From: Candidatus Eremiobacteria bacterium
GTDB lineage: Bacteria; Vulcanimicrobiota; Vulcanimicrobiia; Vulcanimicrobiales; Vulcanimicrobiaceae
NCBI GenBank assembly: GCA_963758295.1
Contig: CAVWUU010000001.1
Location: 416,001-480,000 of the forward strand
Reading direction: 5' to 3'
DNA: 64,000 bases
Numbering within the stretch: position 1 is the stretch's first letter; each line of letters opens with the position of its first letter. Below are positions 35,301-48,096 of the stretch, one piece after another. The notes beneath the pieces were generated by a model that saw nothing but the letters and a program-made list of their open reading frames with translations, searched no databases and was not told the origin of the DNA. The translations under genes were made by a program, and so were the position numbers.

Positions 35301-38300
35301 CGGCGGCTTTGCGATCGCGGGAAATATTTCCGGCGGTGCTGCGCTCGATATTTCGATGGGCGGCAGCGGCGGCAGCGGCGCGTATGCAGGCGGCGTCAAC
35401 GTTACGTCGTCGAGCAGCATCGCAACGGCCGGCGATCTTTCGAGCGGATTGGTCGCGCAATCGCTTGGCGGCGGCGGCGGAAACGGCGGCTTCGCAATCA
35501 GCGCCGGCGGAGCAGCAAGTCTCGCGGCGTCGCTGGCGTTCGGCGGTAACGCCGGCAGCGGCGGTTACGCTAGCGACGTCAACGTCGTAAACACCGGTCT
35601 GGTAACGACGCAAGGCAATCTTGCAAACGGTCTTCTCGCGCAGTCGGTCGGCGGCGGCGGCGGCAACGGCGGCTTCACCATTGCAGCAACGCTCAGCAAT
35701 TCAAGCGCGGTAACGCTTGGCTTCGGCGGCAATGGCGGCAGCGGCGGATACGCCGGCAACGTTTACCTTACAAATCTTGCGAACGTCGGAACGTCGGGAA
35801 ATTCCGCGAGTGCCATCGTTGCGCAGTCTATCGGCGGCGGCGGCGGTAACGGCGGCTTCAACGTCTCGGCGGGCATTGCTGCAAATTACGGCATTACGCT
35901 CGGCTTCGGCGGCACCGGTGACTCCGGCGGCTACGCGCAAGCGGTCAACGTAACGAGCGGTGCAGCAGGAGCGCCCGTCACGATCGTGACGTCGGGCACG
36001 CAGTCATCGGGAATCATTGCGCAATCTATCGGCGGCGGCGGTGGTAACGGCGGTTGGAACATCACCGGTTCGATGTCCAATCAGCCGACATTGGCCCTTA
36101 GCTATGGCGGTACGGGCGGCACAGGCGGCTATGCGTCGTCGGTGACCGTCGCGAGCAATTCGAACATTCAGACGACCGGCGATCAGTCGGGCGGCATCAT
36201 TGCGCAGTCGATCGGCGGCGGCGGCGGCAACGGCGGTTTCAGCATCGGCGCTTCGCTCTCAACGAAGAACTCGTTCGCGTTCTCGTTCGGCGGCGAAGGC
36301 AACAGCGGAAATACCGGCGGTTCGGTCCTCGTTACGAGCGGAACGCCGCAAGGCGCAATGACGATCGAAACCGAGGGTTCGCATTCAGCGGGCATTCTCG
36401 CGCAATCGATCGGTGGCGGCGGCGGTAACGGCGGTTTCGCAATCGGTCTTAACGGAACGACGGGCGACAGCTTCTCGCTACGGTTTCAATCTCGGCAGCG
36501 ACGGCGGAAGCGGTGCGAACGCATCGACGGTTACCGTTGCGAGCAACACGCAGGTCGAAACGTTCGGCGCGAATTCAAACGGCATCTCCGCGCAATCGAT
36601 TGGCGGCGGCGGCGGTAACGCGGCGTTCTCCGCTGCGGGAAGCGCATCGCCCACGGCCGTAGCTGGGTCGTTCTCGTTCGGCAGCGGCGGCGGCGCAGGC
36701 AACTCCGACGTCGTCAACGTCGGCAGCTTGAACACGATTGTGACGCACGGCGACAACTCGATCGGTATTCTCGCGCAATCGGTCGGCGGCGGCGGCGGGT
36801 ACGGCGGCTCGGCTCTTCCGTTAACGCCCGTTACCGCAGCAGCGTCGCTCGTTGGTTTCGGCATGGGCAATAACTGCGCGGTCGGCGCGTCGTGCGGCGG
36901 CAACGCGAGCGACGTTACGTTGACGAACAGCGGCAACATTGAGACGTACGGCGCAAACGCCGGCGCGCTCGTTGCGCAATCGCTTGGCGGCGGCGGCGGC
37001 GACGGCGGATTTTCGATCTCCGGCGGTCTTTCGAGCCAATCGAGCATTTCAACGAACATCGGCGAGTCGATCGGTGCAAACGGCGGCGTCGGCGGTAACG
37101 CTACGAACGTCACGGTAAACAACAGCGCGCAGTCGCTATTCACCAACGGTTCGCAATCCGACGGCATTCTTGCGCAGTCGGTCGGCGGCGGCGGCGGCAA
37201 CGGGGGCTTCTCGATCTCGGGCAATATCGATCCCGGATGGGGGCTGAACTTTAGTCTGGGCGGTAGCGGTGGAAGCGGCGGCACGTCGGGCACCGTCGGC
37301 GTAACCAACGGCAGCCGTATTTCAACGATCGGCAATCTTTCCGATGGCATCGCGGCGCAATCTATTGGCGGCGGCGGCGGTAACGGCGGCTTCTCGATCG
37401 CGGCGCAAGGCGCGATGGGACTCGCTGCAAACGTTGCAGTCGGCGGCGCCGGCGGCTCCGGCAACAACGCCGGTAGCGTTACCGTAAGTAACAGCGGCGT
37501 TATCACCACGCAAGGTGGTTCGTCGAACGGCGTGCTCGCGCAATCGATCGGCGGCGGCGGCGGCAACTCGGGATGGGTCGTTGCGGTGTCGATCGATCAA
37601 GGCAATAACGCTTCAATTGCCTACGGCACGAGCGGCGGTTCCGGCGGTACGGCATCCACCGCGTCAGTCAACAGCACCGCGAGCATTCAAACACTCGGAA
37701 ATTCTTCGAACGGCATCGAGGCTCAATCGCTCGGCGGCGGCGGTGGTAATGGCGGCTTTGCGGTCAACGGTGGAATTTCGGGCGGCAAATCGCTCGGCCT
37801 TGCCTTCGGCGGCGCAGGCGGAACCGGCAGCAACAGTGACACCGTCACGGTGAATTCCGGTGCTTCCGCGAACGCCGTAACGATTTTGACGTCGGGTGAT
37901 TTCTCGAACGGTGTGCTTGCGCAATCGGTCGGCGGCGGCGGCGGTAACGGCGGCTTTGACGTAGCCGGCACGGTTTCGTCGGGCGCGTCGTTCTCGCTCG
38001 CCTACGGCGGAAGCGGCGGCGACGGCGGCTATGCGGGAAGCGCAAACGTTACGAGCTTCACGAACATTCAAACGCAAGGCTCGTCTTCTGCGGGTATCGT
38101 CGCGCAATCAATCGGCGGCGGCGGCGGCAACGGCGGCTTCAGCGTCGGCGCGGATCTCTCTGCATCGAATGCGCTGGGCGTTACGTTCGGCGGAAACGGC
38201 GGAAGCGGCAACACCGCAAATACGGTAACGGTACAAAACGGCGACGCTTCCACGGCGGTTGAAATTTACACGTCGGGCGCAGATTCCGATGGAATCCTCG

Positions 38301-41300
38301 CGCAATCGATCGGCGGCGGCGGCGGTAACGGCGGCTTCTCCGTAGGCGTTGCGGCAACGAGCAGCTCGAGCTTCTCTAAGAACATGACGCTGGGAAGCGG
38401 CGGCGGCAGCGGCGCAACCGCTAACGACGTAACCGTTTCCAGCAACACGCTGATCTGGACGCAAGGCGACAATTCGGCCGGTATTGCCGCTCAGTCGATC
38501 GGCGGCGGCGGCGGCAACGCGGCATTTACGGTTAAAGGTTCGATATCGGCAACCGGCGCGAGCGGATCGTTTAAGTTCGGCACGGGTGGAAACGGCGCGG
38601 ATGCAGGCACCGTCGACGTCGCGAGCTCGAATATGATTCTGACCGGTGGTGAGAACGCGGACGGCATTCTCGCGCAATCGATCGGCGGCGGCGGCGGTTA
38701 TGGCGGCATGTCCATGACCGGCCAGCTGGCCGATGCTGTCGGTTCGAATTTAGCGAAGCGGATGCGCATCGTGCGGCGGCAGCGGCAAAGAGCGTGAGCG
38801 TCACTTCGAGCGGCAGCATTCAAACCCAAGGCGACAACTCCGTAGCGATTGCAGCGCAGTCGATCGGCGGCGGCGGCGGCGACGGCGGTTTCTCGATCAG
38901 CGCCGGATTGAAGACGCAATCGGGGCTTTCGCAATATCGGTCGTTTCGGTCGGTTCCGCCGGCGGCGAAGCGGGTAACGGTCTCGGCGTCACGGTGGATT
39001 CGAGCGGCGCATCGTTGATCACGCACGGCGCGCAGGCAGACGGTATTCTCGCGCAGTCCGTCGGCGGCGGCGGCGGTAACGGCGGCTTTGCAATCAGCGG
39101 CCAAGTTGCCCCGGGTTGCGGGAATGAACTTCGGCATCGGCGGCGGCGCGGGCGCCGGCGGCTCCGCATCGCTCGTGCAGGTCACGAACTCGAGCGAGAT
39201 CGCAACGCTCGGCAGTCTTTCCGACGGTATTGCGGCGCAATCGATCGGCGGCGGCGGCGGCAACGGCGGCTTCGCCATCTCGGCGCAAGGCGCGAGCGGA
39301 TTTGCCGGCAACTTCGCGATCGGCGGAAGCGGCGGCAGCGGCAACGGCTCCGGTGAAGTCGACGTTACGAACGGCGGCATCATTCTAACCGGCGGCGATT
39401 CGTCGAACGGTATTCTCGCGCAATCGATCGGCGGCGGCGGCGGCAACGGCGGTTTTGCGGTAGCCGGTGCAATCGATACGAGCAGCAGCAATGCATCGCT
39501 CGCGTTCGGAACCGCGGGCGGCGACGGCGGCAGTGCCGGCATCGTCAAAGTAACGACGAACGCGAGCATTCAAACGCTGGGAAACGCGTCGAACGGTATC
39601 GTGGCGCAATCGCTCGGCGGCGGCGGCGGTAACGGCGGCTTCGCAGCAAATGCCGGTATTTCCGGAAAGAACTCGATCGCGCTCGCAATGGGCGGTAAAG
39701 GCGGAGCGGGCAGCGGCGCGGCGGCAGTTACGGTGAATGCCGGTGGTGCTGGTAACGTCGTGCAAATTCTTACCAACGGCAACGTTTCAGACGGCGTTCT
39801 CGCGCAATCGATCGGCGGCGGCGGCGGTAACGGCGGCTTCGCAATCGACGGCGCAATATCGCAAGGCACGTCGCTCTCGCTCGCAATGGGCGGAAGCGGC
39901 GGCAGCGGATCGACGAGCGACACGGTTACCGTTGACACGAACGCCGACATACAAACGATTGGCGACAATTCGTCGGGCATCGTCGCACAGTCGATCGGCG
40001 GCGGCGGCGGTAACGGCGGGTTTAGCGTTGCAAACGACACGTCGCTTTCCGGTAAAGCGTTGGCCCTTGCATTTGGTGGAACCGGCGGCAGCGGCAACAC
40101 CGCATCGGTAGTTAGCGTTTCGAGCGGAACGTCGCAATCGAGCACCTCGATCTTTACGCAACGGTGCAAATGCCGACGGCATCCTCGCGCAATCGATCGG
40201 CGGCGGCGGCGGTAACGGCGGCATGAGCATCGGTCTTGCCGAGACCACGCAAACAATGGCGAGCGGCTTCGGTCTTGGTGCCGGCGCAGGCAGCGGAAAC
40301 GATGCAGGCATCGTCGGCGTTTCGAATTACAGCACGATCGCAACGAGCGGAACCAACGCCGTCGGCATCTCCGCGCAATCGATCGGGGGCGGCGGCGGCA
40401 ACGGCGGTCTGAAGATCTCGGGTTCGCTCCAGAACAACGGCGCAAAAGCGTCGTTTACGCTACGGCAGCGGCGGAAGCGGCGGCGCAGGTAAAGCCGTGA
40501 GCGTTGGAAACGCCGGACAACTACAGACGCTCGGCGACAACGCCGACGGCATTCTCGCGCAATCGATCGGCGGCGGCGGCGGATACGGCAGCCTGGGACT
40601 AATCGGCACCCTTGCAACGGACGTCGGCATTTCGTACGGCGCGAGCAACGGCGGCGGTGGTTCCGATCTAGTCACCGTTACGAACTCGGGCAGCATTGCA
40701 ACGGGCGGCGACAACGCGAACGGTATCGAAGCGCAGTCTATCGGCGGCGGCGGCGGCGAAGGCGCGTTCAGCGTCTCGCTCGGCGCCTCGACGTCGCCCG
40801 GCCTCACGAGCCGGTTAACGAAGAGCTTCGGCGCCAACGGCGGCACGCGGCGGCGACGGCGGTCAAGTTACGGTCGGCAACACCGCGAACTTTATCTATA
40901 CGGCCGGCAGCGAGTCGGACGGCATCCTTGCGCAGTCGATCGGCGGCGGCGGCGGCAACGGCGGATTTGCGGTAGCAGGTTCCGTCTCGGGCGGCTGGGG
41001 CGCGGGCGTTTCGATGGGCGGCAGCGGCGGCGCCGGCGGCGTCGCGCACGACGTTAGCGTAAATAGCTCCGGCGAAGTGCTCACCTTCGGCGAACTCTCG
41101 AGCGGCATCGCCGCGCAATCGATCGGCGGCGGCGGCGGAAACGGCGGCTTCGCGGTTCTCGCGACCGGTTCGATGCAAACGCAAGCCGATGTCGCGCTTG
41201 GCGGCTCCGGCGGCTCGGGCAGTTCTTCGGGAACCGTAACGGTTGACAACTCCGGACTCGTCATCACCAAAGGCGATCTTGCAGACGGTATTCTCGCGCA

Positions 41301-44300
41301 GTCGATCGGCGGCGGCGGCGGCAACGCCGGCTTCGCGCTTGCCGCATCCATCAGCCAAAATTATTCGACGGCGTTCTCGCTCGGCGGCAGCGGACGGCGA
41401 CGGCTCGAACGGCGGCGTCGTCAACGTTGACAACGAAGGGCAAATCGAAACCTACGGCACGAGTTCGCAAGGCGTCATCGCGCAGTCGATCGGCGGCGGC
41501 GGCGGTAACGGCGGCATTCGCGGCGCAAGCGCCGGCTTCGGCGGGCAGGGCGGCATCGGTCTCGCGTTCGGTGGAAACGCCGGCAGCGGCGGCAACGGTC
41601 TCGCCGTCAACGTCCTCTCCGGAACGAGCGCGACCGGCACGGTCATCATCACCAACGGCGTAAATGCGAACGGCATTCTCGCGCAATCCATCGGCGGCGG
41701 CGGCGGCAACGGCGGCGTCGCAGCTGCCGGTGTCGGTGCAAACGGCCCGGCATTCGGATTCTCGATGGGCGGCAACGGCGGAAACGGCGGCGGGGGCGAC
41801 GCGGTCAACGTTCAAGTCAACTCTGCGATTGCCACGTACGGCGATTTTGCCAACGGCGTCGTTGCACAGTCGATCGGCGGCGGCGGCGGTAACGGCGCAA
41901 TCGACGCGACGGGCGCCGGTTCTTCGAAATTGAGTTCGGCGGTCGGCGTCGGCGGAAGCGGCGGCACCGGCGGCAGTGCTTCGACCGTGAACCTGATCAA
42001 TCAAGGACAAATCACGACGCAAGGCACGAATGCTGCAGGCATCATCGCGCAATCGATCGGCGGCGGCGGCGGCAACGGCGGCGTGAGCATCGCGGGCTCG
42101 ATCTCGCAATCGAACGCGTTCGGCGTGGCGGTCGGCGGCAGCGGCGGAAGCGGCGGCGGATCGAACGACGTGACGGTTCAAAACGGCGGCAGCATCGTGA
42201 CGAACGGCCAGTTCGCCGACGGTATCATTGCGCAGTCCATCGGCGGGGGCGGCGGTAACGGCGCCGTTAGCGTCGGTGGAACGTTGAGCAACTCTTCGGG
42301 CATCGGCGTCGGCGTGGGCGGCAACGGCGGCAACGGCGGCGACGCCGGCACCGTATCCGTTAGCAATACGTATGCGGGACAAGCGGGCGTCATCATTACG
42401 AACGGCGCCGGATCGGTCGGCATCCTTGCACAATCGATCGGCGGCGGCGGGGGCAGCGGCGGCGTCGGAATCAGCGGCAGCATCAACGGCTCTTCGGACG
42501 ATCTCGCGCTCGCGCTTGGTGCAAGTAACGGAACTGTCGGCCATGGCGGCAACGTCACGGTGACGAACGGCGGCACGATTCTTGCCAACGGCGTGGATGC
42601 GGTTGCGGTTGAAGCGCAATCCATCGGCGGCGGCGGTGGCGTCGTCACGGTGAACCTCGCCGGCGGCTTCTCACAAAACAGCGGTAACGTCAAAATGACG
42701 CTCGGCAGCGATGAAACGACGGCGACGGATATGAGCGGCGGTGTCGTAGCGCTTGCGAACACGGGCAACGTGCAGACCACCGGCAACGGCGCGCACGGCG
42801 TGTTGGAGCAATCGATTGGCGGCGGCGGCGGACAAGCCGCGCTTTCGGGAACGCTGACCAACGCGCTTTCCGATAATGCGACGCTTTCGATTGCAGACGG
42901 CGGATACGGCGGTTCAGCGACGGCGGCACAAAATCTTACCGCTAAGAACAGCGGCATGGTTCTCACGAGCGGCACCGGCGCGAACGCAGTGTTCGCGCAG
43001 TCGATCGGCGGCGGCGGCGGTGACGCGGGTTACGCGCTCGTCGCGGATTTGGGCGCAACGGCGAAGGCTGCAAACTTCTCGCTCGCGATGGGCGGAACGG
43101 GCGGCAGCGCCGGCACTGCGGGAACGATCGCTTTAACGACGTCCGGCGTGCTGCAAACGCTCGGTGAAAATTCCGCCGGATTGCTCGCGCAGTCGATCGG
43201 CGGCGGCGGCGGCACCGGCGGCTTTACGGCAAACGGGACGTTCACCACCAGCAGCGCGGCGTCGCAATTCAACGTTGCCGTCGGCGGAGCGGGCGGTTCG
43301 CAAAACAACGCAGCGGCAATCGGCGTAACGAACAACGGAACGGTGCTTACGTTCGGTAACGGATCTTCCGGAATCGAGGCGCAAGCCATCGGCGGCGGCG
43401 GCGGTGACGCCGGCATGACGGTCTCGGGCGCCTTCTCAGGCACGAGCGCAAAATCGATTTCCGAATCGATCGGCGGAGCCGGAAGCGGCAACGGCGCGGC
43501 GATTACGCTTGCGAATGTCGGCGCGATTCAGACCGGTACGCAAGCTTCGGGCTCCGGAACGAATTCAAACGGACTGCTCGCACAATCCATCGGCGGCGGC
43601 GGCGGTAACGGTTCCATTGCGCTCTCGCAACTCGCACTTGGAACGGCCGGCGAAGCTACGACGACGAACGTAAATCTTACCGTCGGCGGCGCGACCGGAT
43701 CGAGCGGCTTCGGCGATGCGATCGGCGTGAACGATAACGGAACGATCTCAACGTTCGGTGCGGCATCGAACGGTTTGGCGGCGCAGTCGATCGGCGCGGG
43801 CGGCGGTAACGCGACGCTTACGTTCTGCGGTTGCAACGTTACGGGCTCAAACGCAGCCGGCGCCACGATCGCCCTTAATGCGGTGCTCGGCGACCCTGCG
43901 TCGACGAATAGCACGGGCGGAAACATTTCGATCGATCATACGAACGGCGAAATCTACACGAGCGGCAGCGTTTCCAACGGCGTGCTCGTGCAATCCATCG
44001 GCGGCGGCGGCGGCACGATCACGTCGGCGCTCAATAGCGCGGTTGGAACGTACTCGCTGAATGCGACGATCGGCGGCAACGGCGGCGTAAACGACTCCGG
44101 CGGAACGCTCGATCTGCAAAATGCCGGATCGATAGCTACGACGGGCGCTCTTTCGGACGGGATCCTCGCGCAGTCGGTTGGCGGCGGCGGCGGTTCGCTC
44201 GCAAGCGCCTATGGCAGCGCATCGCACGCGAACGTTACGCTCGGTGGAAACGCTGCGAGCGGCGACGCCGGCGCAATCACCATTGCCAACAGCGGTGACG

Positions 44301-46849
44301 TCTATACGCAAGGAACGTCGTCGAGCGCCCTCTTCGCGCAATCCATCGGCGGCGGCGGCGGATCGTTCGTAACCAATGCGGCGAATGCGAACGACGCGTT
44401 CGTGCTCGGCGGTGCGAACGGCACTACCGGCAACGGCGGCGCAATCGGCATCAACAACGCGGGTTCGATCCAAACGACCGGCACGGACGCTTACGGCATC
44501 TTCGCGCAGTCCGTCGGCGGCGGCGGCGGCGCGGCGCTCGCAAGCGGAACGGTGACGCTGCAGAACGGCGGGACCGGCGACGGCGGCGCAGTCGATATTA
44601 CGAACGGTGGAAACATCGTTACCTCGGGCAACGGTGCCGACGGCATCTTCGCGCAATCCATCGGCGGCGGCGGCGGTATCGCCGGAACGTTCGCCGGAAG
44701 CGCCGGCGGAAACGGCTCCGCGGGCAACATCAACATCGCTCAAACCGGCGTGATCTATACGCAGGGATCGGCGGCAAACGGCATCGTCGCGCAAAGCGCT
44801 GCCGGCGCGGGAACCGGCGGCAACGTAAACGTTGCAGTGAACGGTTCGATTTACGTGACGGCGTCGAACGCAAACGGCGTTCTCGCGGGAAGCAGCGGCA
44901 GCGGCAGCGGCGGCGACGTCAACGTCACGCTTTCCGCAAACGGCGTGATCGTGGGCGGCGGCGGAACGAGCGGCGCCGGAACGACAAGCGTTTCCGGGCG
45001 AGCCAAATATCACGACGGCATCGTTGGACGGGGCGGGAAAGAAGACGCGGCACAAGCGTCCACCGTTTCGGGAGCAGCCGTGCAGTTTGAAGGCAACGGG
45101 ACGAACTCGTTGACGAATAACGGCACGATTACAACGCTGGCCGGCATAAAGGGCTTCGCCGTTGCCTCGACCGGCGGCACGACGTCGATCGTGAACAACG
45201 GCGTTATGGTGGGCTCGATCTCGCTCGCGAATTCGGCTAACAATTCGTTCACGAATTCCGCTAACGGGGTGTTCATCGCCGGTTCAACCATCAATTTGGG
45301 CGGCGGCACGTTCATGAACGACGGCGCTCTATCGCCCGGCGGCATCGGATCGATCGGCACGATGAACGTTACCGGAAACTACAACCAATCCATGACCGGT
45401 ACGACGGCGATGGATCTGAACTATTTGAACGGCGCCTACGATCGGATCAATGCGACCGGCAACGTGACTGTCTCGGGTCAACTCGACCTCTCGCTGCTCA
45501 ATGTCGCCAACGTGACCTCCGGCGTGCACAACTACGACCTGTTCACGGCCGGTGGAACGCTGAGCGATCAATCGCTGCAGCTGGTTGCGCCGCAGTCGGC
45601 GGTGTCGACCTATTCGCTGGTTCCGAATGCGAATGGCAAGCTGCAGTTGCAGAACGTGGTGAACTTCTCGCCGGCAAACATCAGCGGCGGCACGAGCTCG
45701 TTCGGAAGCTACGTGAGCCTGCTTCAGGCGGCCGGATCGTCACCGTCGCTTTCCGGCATGGTCGCTCAGATCTTTAATGCGCCGTCAGCGACCCAGCTCA
45801 CGCGCCTGTATCAACAGCTAACGCCCGCCAGTTACGGTCCGATGGAAGCCGCTACGCTGCTCAGCACGTTGAATTTCTCGCAAGAAATGCTCACGTGTAA
45901 ATCGCCCGAGACGGACTTCGCATCGCTCTCGCGCGGTCGCTGCGTCTGGGGTGGTTTGGGCAGCACGCAGTCAACGCAAATGGGATCCACGGCTGCCGTC
46001 GGTTACAACGAATACAACGCCGGTGTCTCGTACGGCTTCCAGAACGTCGTGAGCCGCGATAAACAAACGCTCTTCGGCGGCGCGTTCTCGTTCGGAGAAG
46101 ACAACCTTTACGCGAACAGTTCGTCGATGTGGGGCTCCCGCTTCACCGGCGGGCTCTTGTTGAAGCGTGAAAACTCGCACACCGGCATGACGTACTCGTT
46201 GGACGTCACCGGCGGATCGGGCAATTATCAAACCCGCCGCACGATCGAGTTCCCGAGCACGGCGATCCCGACGTCCGCGGGCGCGACCGGCTTTGGATCG
46301 TATCAAACGCCGTCGGCCACGGCTACCGGAGCGAGCTACGTCTCGTTCTTCAACACCGGGCTTCGCGCCGACAAGTACGTTGCGCTCGCCGACGGATGGG
46401 CGCTTACGCCGTACGTTTCGCTGACGGACACGCGCTTGTCGCTCACGCCGACGACCGAAACCGGTGCAGGCGCGCTGAACATCAAGACGGCTTACGAGGG
46501 CGATTCGTATCTGACGCTACAGAGCGGCTTCGAGCTCGGCGGAATCTATCAGGCGAAGAGCTGGCAGATCCAGCCGCACCTCGATATCTTCGCGACGCAG
46601 TTCGTCGGCAACAATCAAACGGGATTACCGTCGACCCTGGAAGGCCAGCCGGTGTGGATGAAGCCCTTCACGTTCAACAATGAAATAGACCGCACGCTCT
46701 TCAACCTGCAGCCGACGATCGATTTCGGTGGAAAATCCGGATTCAGCATGCGCCTCGGCGGCACTTACCAGTTCAGCCCGCACGTGCACGGCGGCACGCT
46801 GAACATCAATATCTCGCAGAAACTGGGGCCTTCACCGAAGGCCCCGTAA
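29374..46849 (+). CDS. Giant glycine-rich repeat autotransporter/adhesin (~5,800 aa if joined), interrupted by at least 8 frameshifts
   Basis: ATGA overlap, signal peptide ending ALA, about 80 AQS[IVL]GGGGGNGG units continuing across successive ORFs (29332, 36413, 38794, 38994, 39088, 40223, 40497, 41014, 41243); LSPG linker and autotransporter-like beta-barrel at ~45900-46849. Confidence 0.85.
29920..44810 (+). repeat. Coding tandem repeat, unit ~155-215 bp, core GCGCA(A/G)TCG(A/G)TCGGCGGCGGCGGCGG
   Basis: Manual count about 80 copies; higher-order period ~1.89 kb. Confidence 0.9.
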
Positions 46850-46858
46850 ACCAGCGAA

Positions 46859-47374
46859 CTACTTCAGCTTATCGCTGACTTCCGAAAAGCCCGTAAGGGG
46901 CAGCGTAGCGTTCACGGTGTGCTCGCGAAGGGCGCCGTCGAGAATCACGTAAGAGACGCGAAGATCGCCCTTGCCGGCACGCATCGCGCTCAGCAGATCG
47001 GCCGTCATTGTGCCCGTTGCGAAGCAGCCCTGCTGCGAGCACGCGAGATAGGTGAACGTTTGCGACGACGCGGTGCCCGCGGCGACCGAGACAGGCGTGC
47101 GGACGGAGACGCCGAGCGGCACGTTCATCGAAAGGCCGACCTTGCCGTCGCCTTGGGCGGCAACGGTGAAGCCGATAACCAACCCGCCGTTTGTGAGGAC
47201 CTGATCGGTCCCGTGGCAGGCGAGGCTGCCTTTAACGGGATCGCACTCCAACTTCCATCCGCTGGTGCTTCCCTGCGTCATCGTGTTCGCAGGAGCGGCC
47301 GTGGGTGCCGGGGTCGCAGCCTGAACGACACCCGAAGACAATGCAAAAAGAGCAACTGCAGAAAGCAATTTCAT
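46859..47374 (-). CDS. Invasion-associated locus B (IalB)-like exported protein
   Basis: Signal peptide; W.L.C, C...Q, VPLGV, C...GC.A, L.AMRAG and LxGFS pattern. Confidence 0.75.
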   Translation of the reverse strand: MKLLSAVALFALSSGVVQAATPAPTAAPANTMTQGSTSGWKLECDPVKGSLACHGTDQVLTNGGLVIGFTVAAQGDGKVGLSMNVPLGVSVRTPVSVAAGTASSQTFTYLACSQQGCFATGTMTADLLSAMRAGKGDLRVSYVILDGALREHTVNATLPLTGFSEVSDKLK

Positions 47375-47831
47375 ACCGTTGTTTTCGGCAATGCGGCTTC
47401 GAAACTTCTGCAAAACGGCTTGTTTTTGAGTAAAGATGGCCGACGAGGGGGAAGCGCTGCGTACCAGCGTTCCAAGTCGCTATGCCACTGGCTTAACGCA
47501 TCGGGCTGAGATAAATGCATAATGTCCCGACGGATAGAAGCCGTAGGTGATGTCTTCTGAAGGGCCAGCGGCAAATTTAGAGGTTGTAGCGTGTACACCG
47601 TCGCGAGCCAAGGCGTAACCGAATCGTAGTATCAAGGGTGCCGAGAACTTGTGCAAACGCGGATTCGTCGTCATCTTTGACGCATGCCAGCCTCGGTATC
47701 GCTCTTTTAAAAAGACTGGCGCGACCGGGCAAAAGCTCTGGCCGACATCGAACGCGGGAATCTTCGCGTGTGGACGCGCGTAGAAGACGTCTTACCCTCG
47801 TTGCAACGCCTCGAAAAATAGCCCCCGTCGC

Positions 47832-47990
47832 ATGCACTATGGAGCCCCGCTGATAAAGCCGGGCTCCTATTTGCATTTCGATGAATTTGCTGATCGTGCC
47901 AATGAAATGCCTGCGTCTTTAAATTTCGTCGAGGAATACGACGTTCGGTACGAAGCCATTGCTTCGACCCCTCATCTAACGCGTCGTCTT
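47832..47990 (+). pseudogene. Possible remnant of a TylF/MycF-like methyltransferase C-terminus
   Basis: PLIKPGSYLHFDEF...E..A..F resembles that family's end; no N-terminus seen. Confidence 0.3.
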
Positions 47991-48096
47991 CCAGGTAACG
48001 GGTATCCGAAACTCCCATCTACTACTCGGCGCAAGAGCAGGCTCCATCGCGACAGCCGACTAGTAACACTGCCAGGTTTTGAAGCTGCAGCTGAGA

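Noticed and set aside
29920..44810. Regularly spaced DNA repeats as a CRISPR array
   Set aside because: Repeats are in-frame coding with synonymous variation, the spacers are homologous and far too long, and there are no cas genes
29700..45100. Many minus-strand poly-Pro and poly-Ala ORFs
   Set aside because: Antisense shadows of the GGC-rich autotransporter
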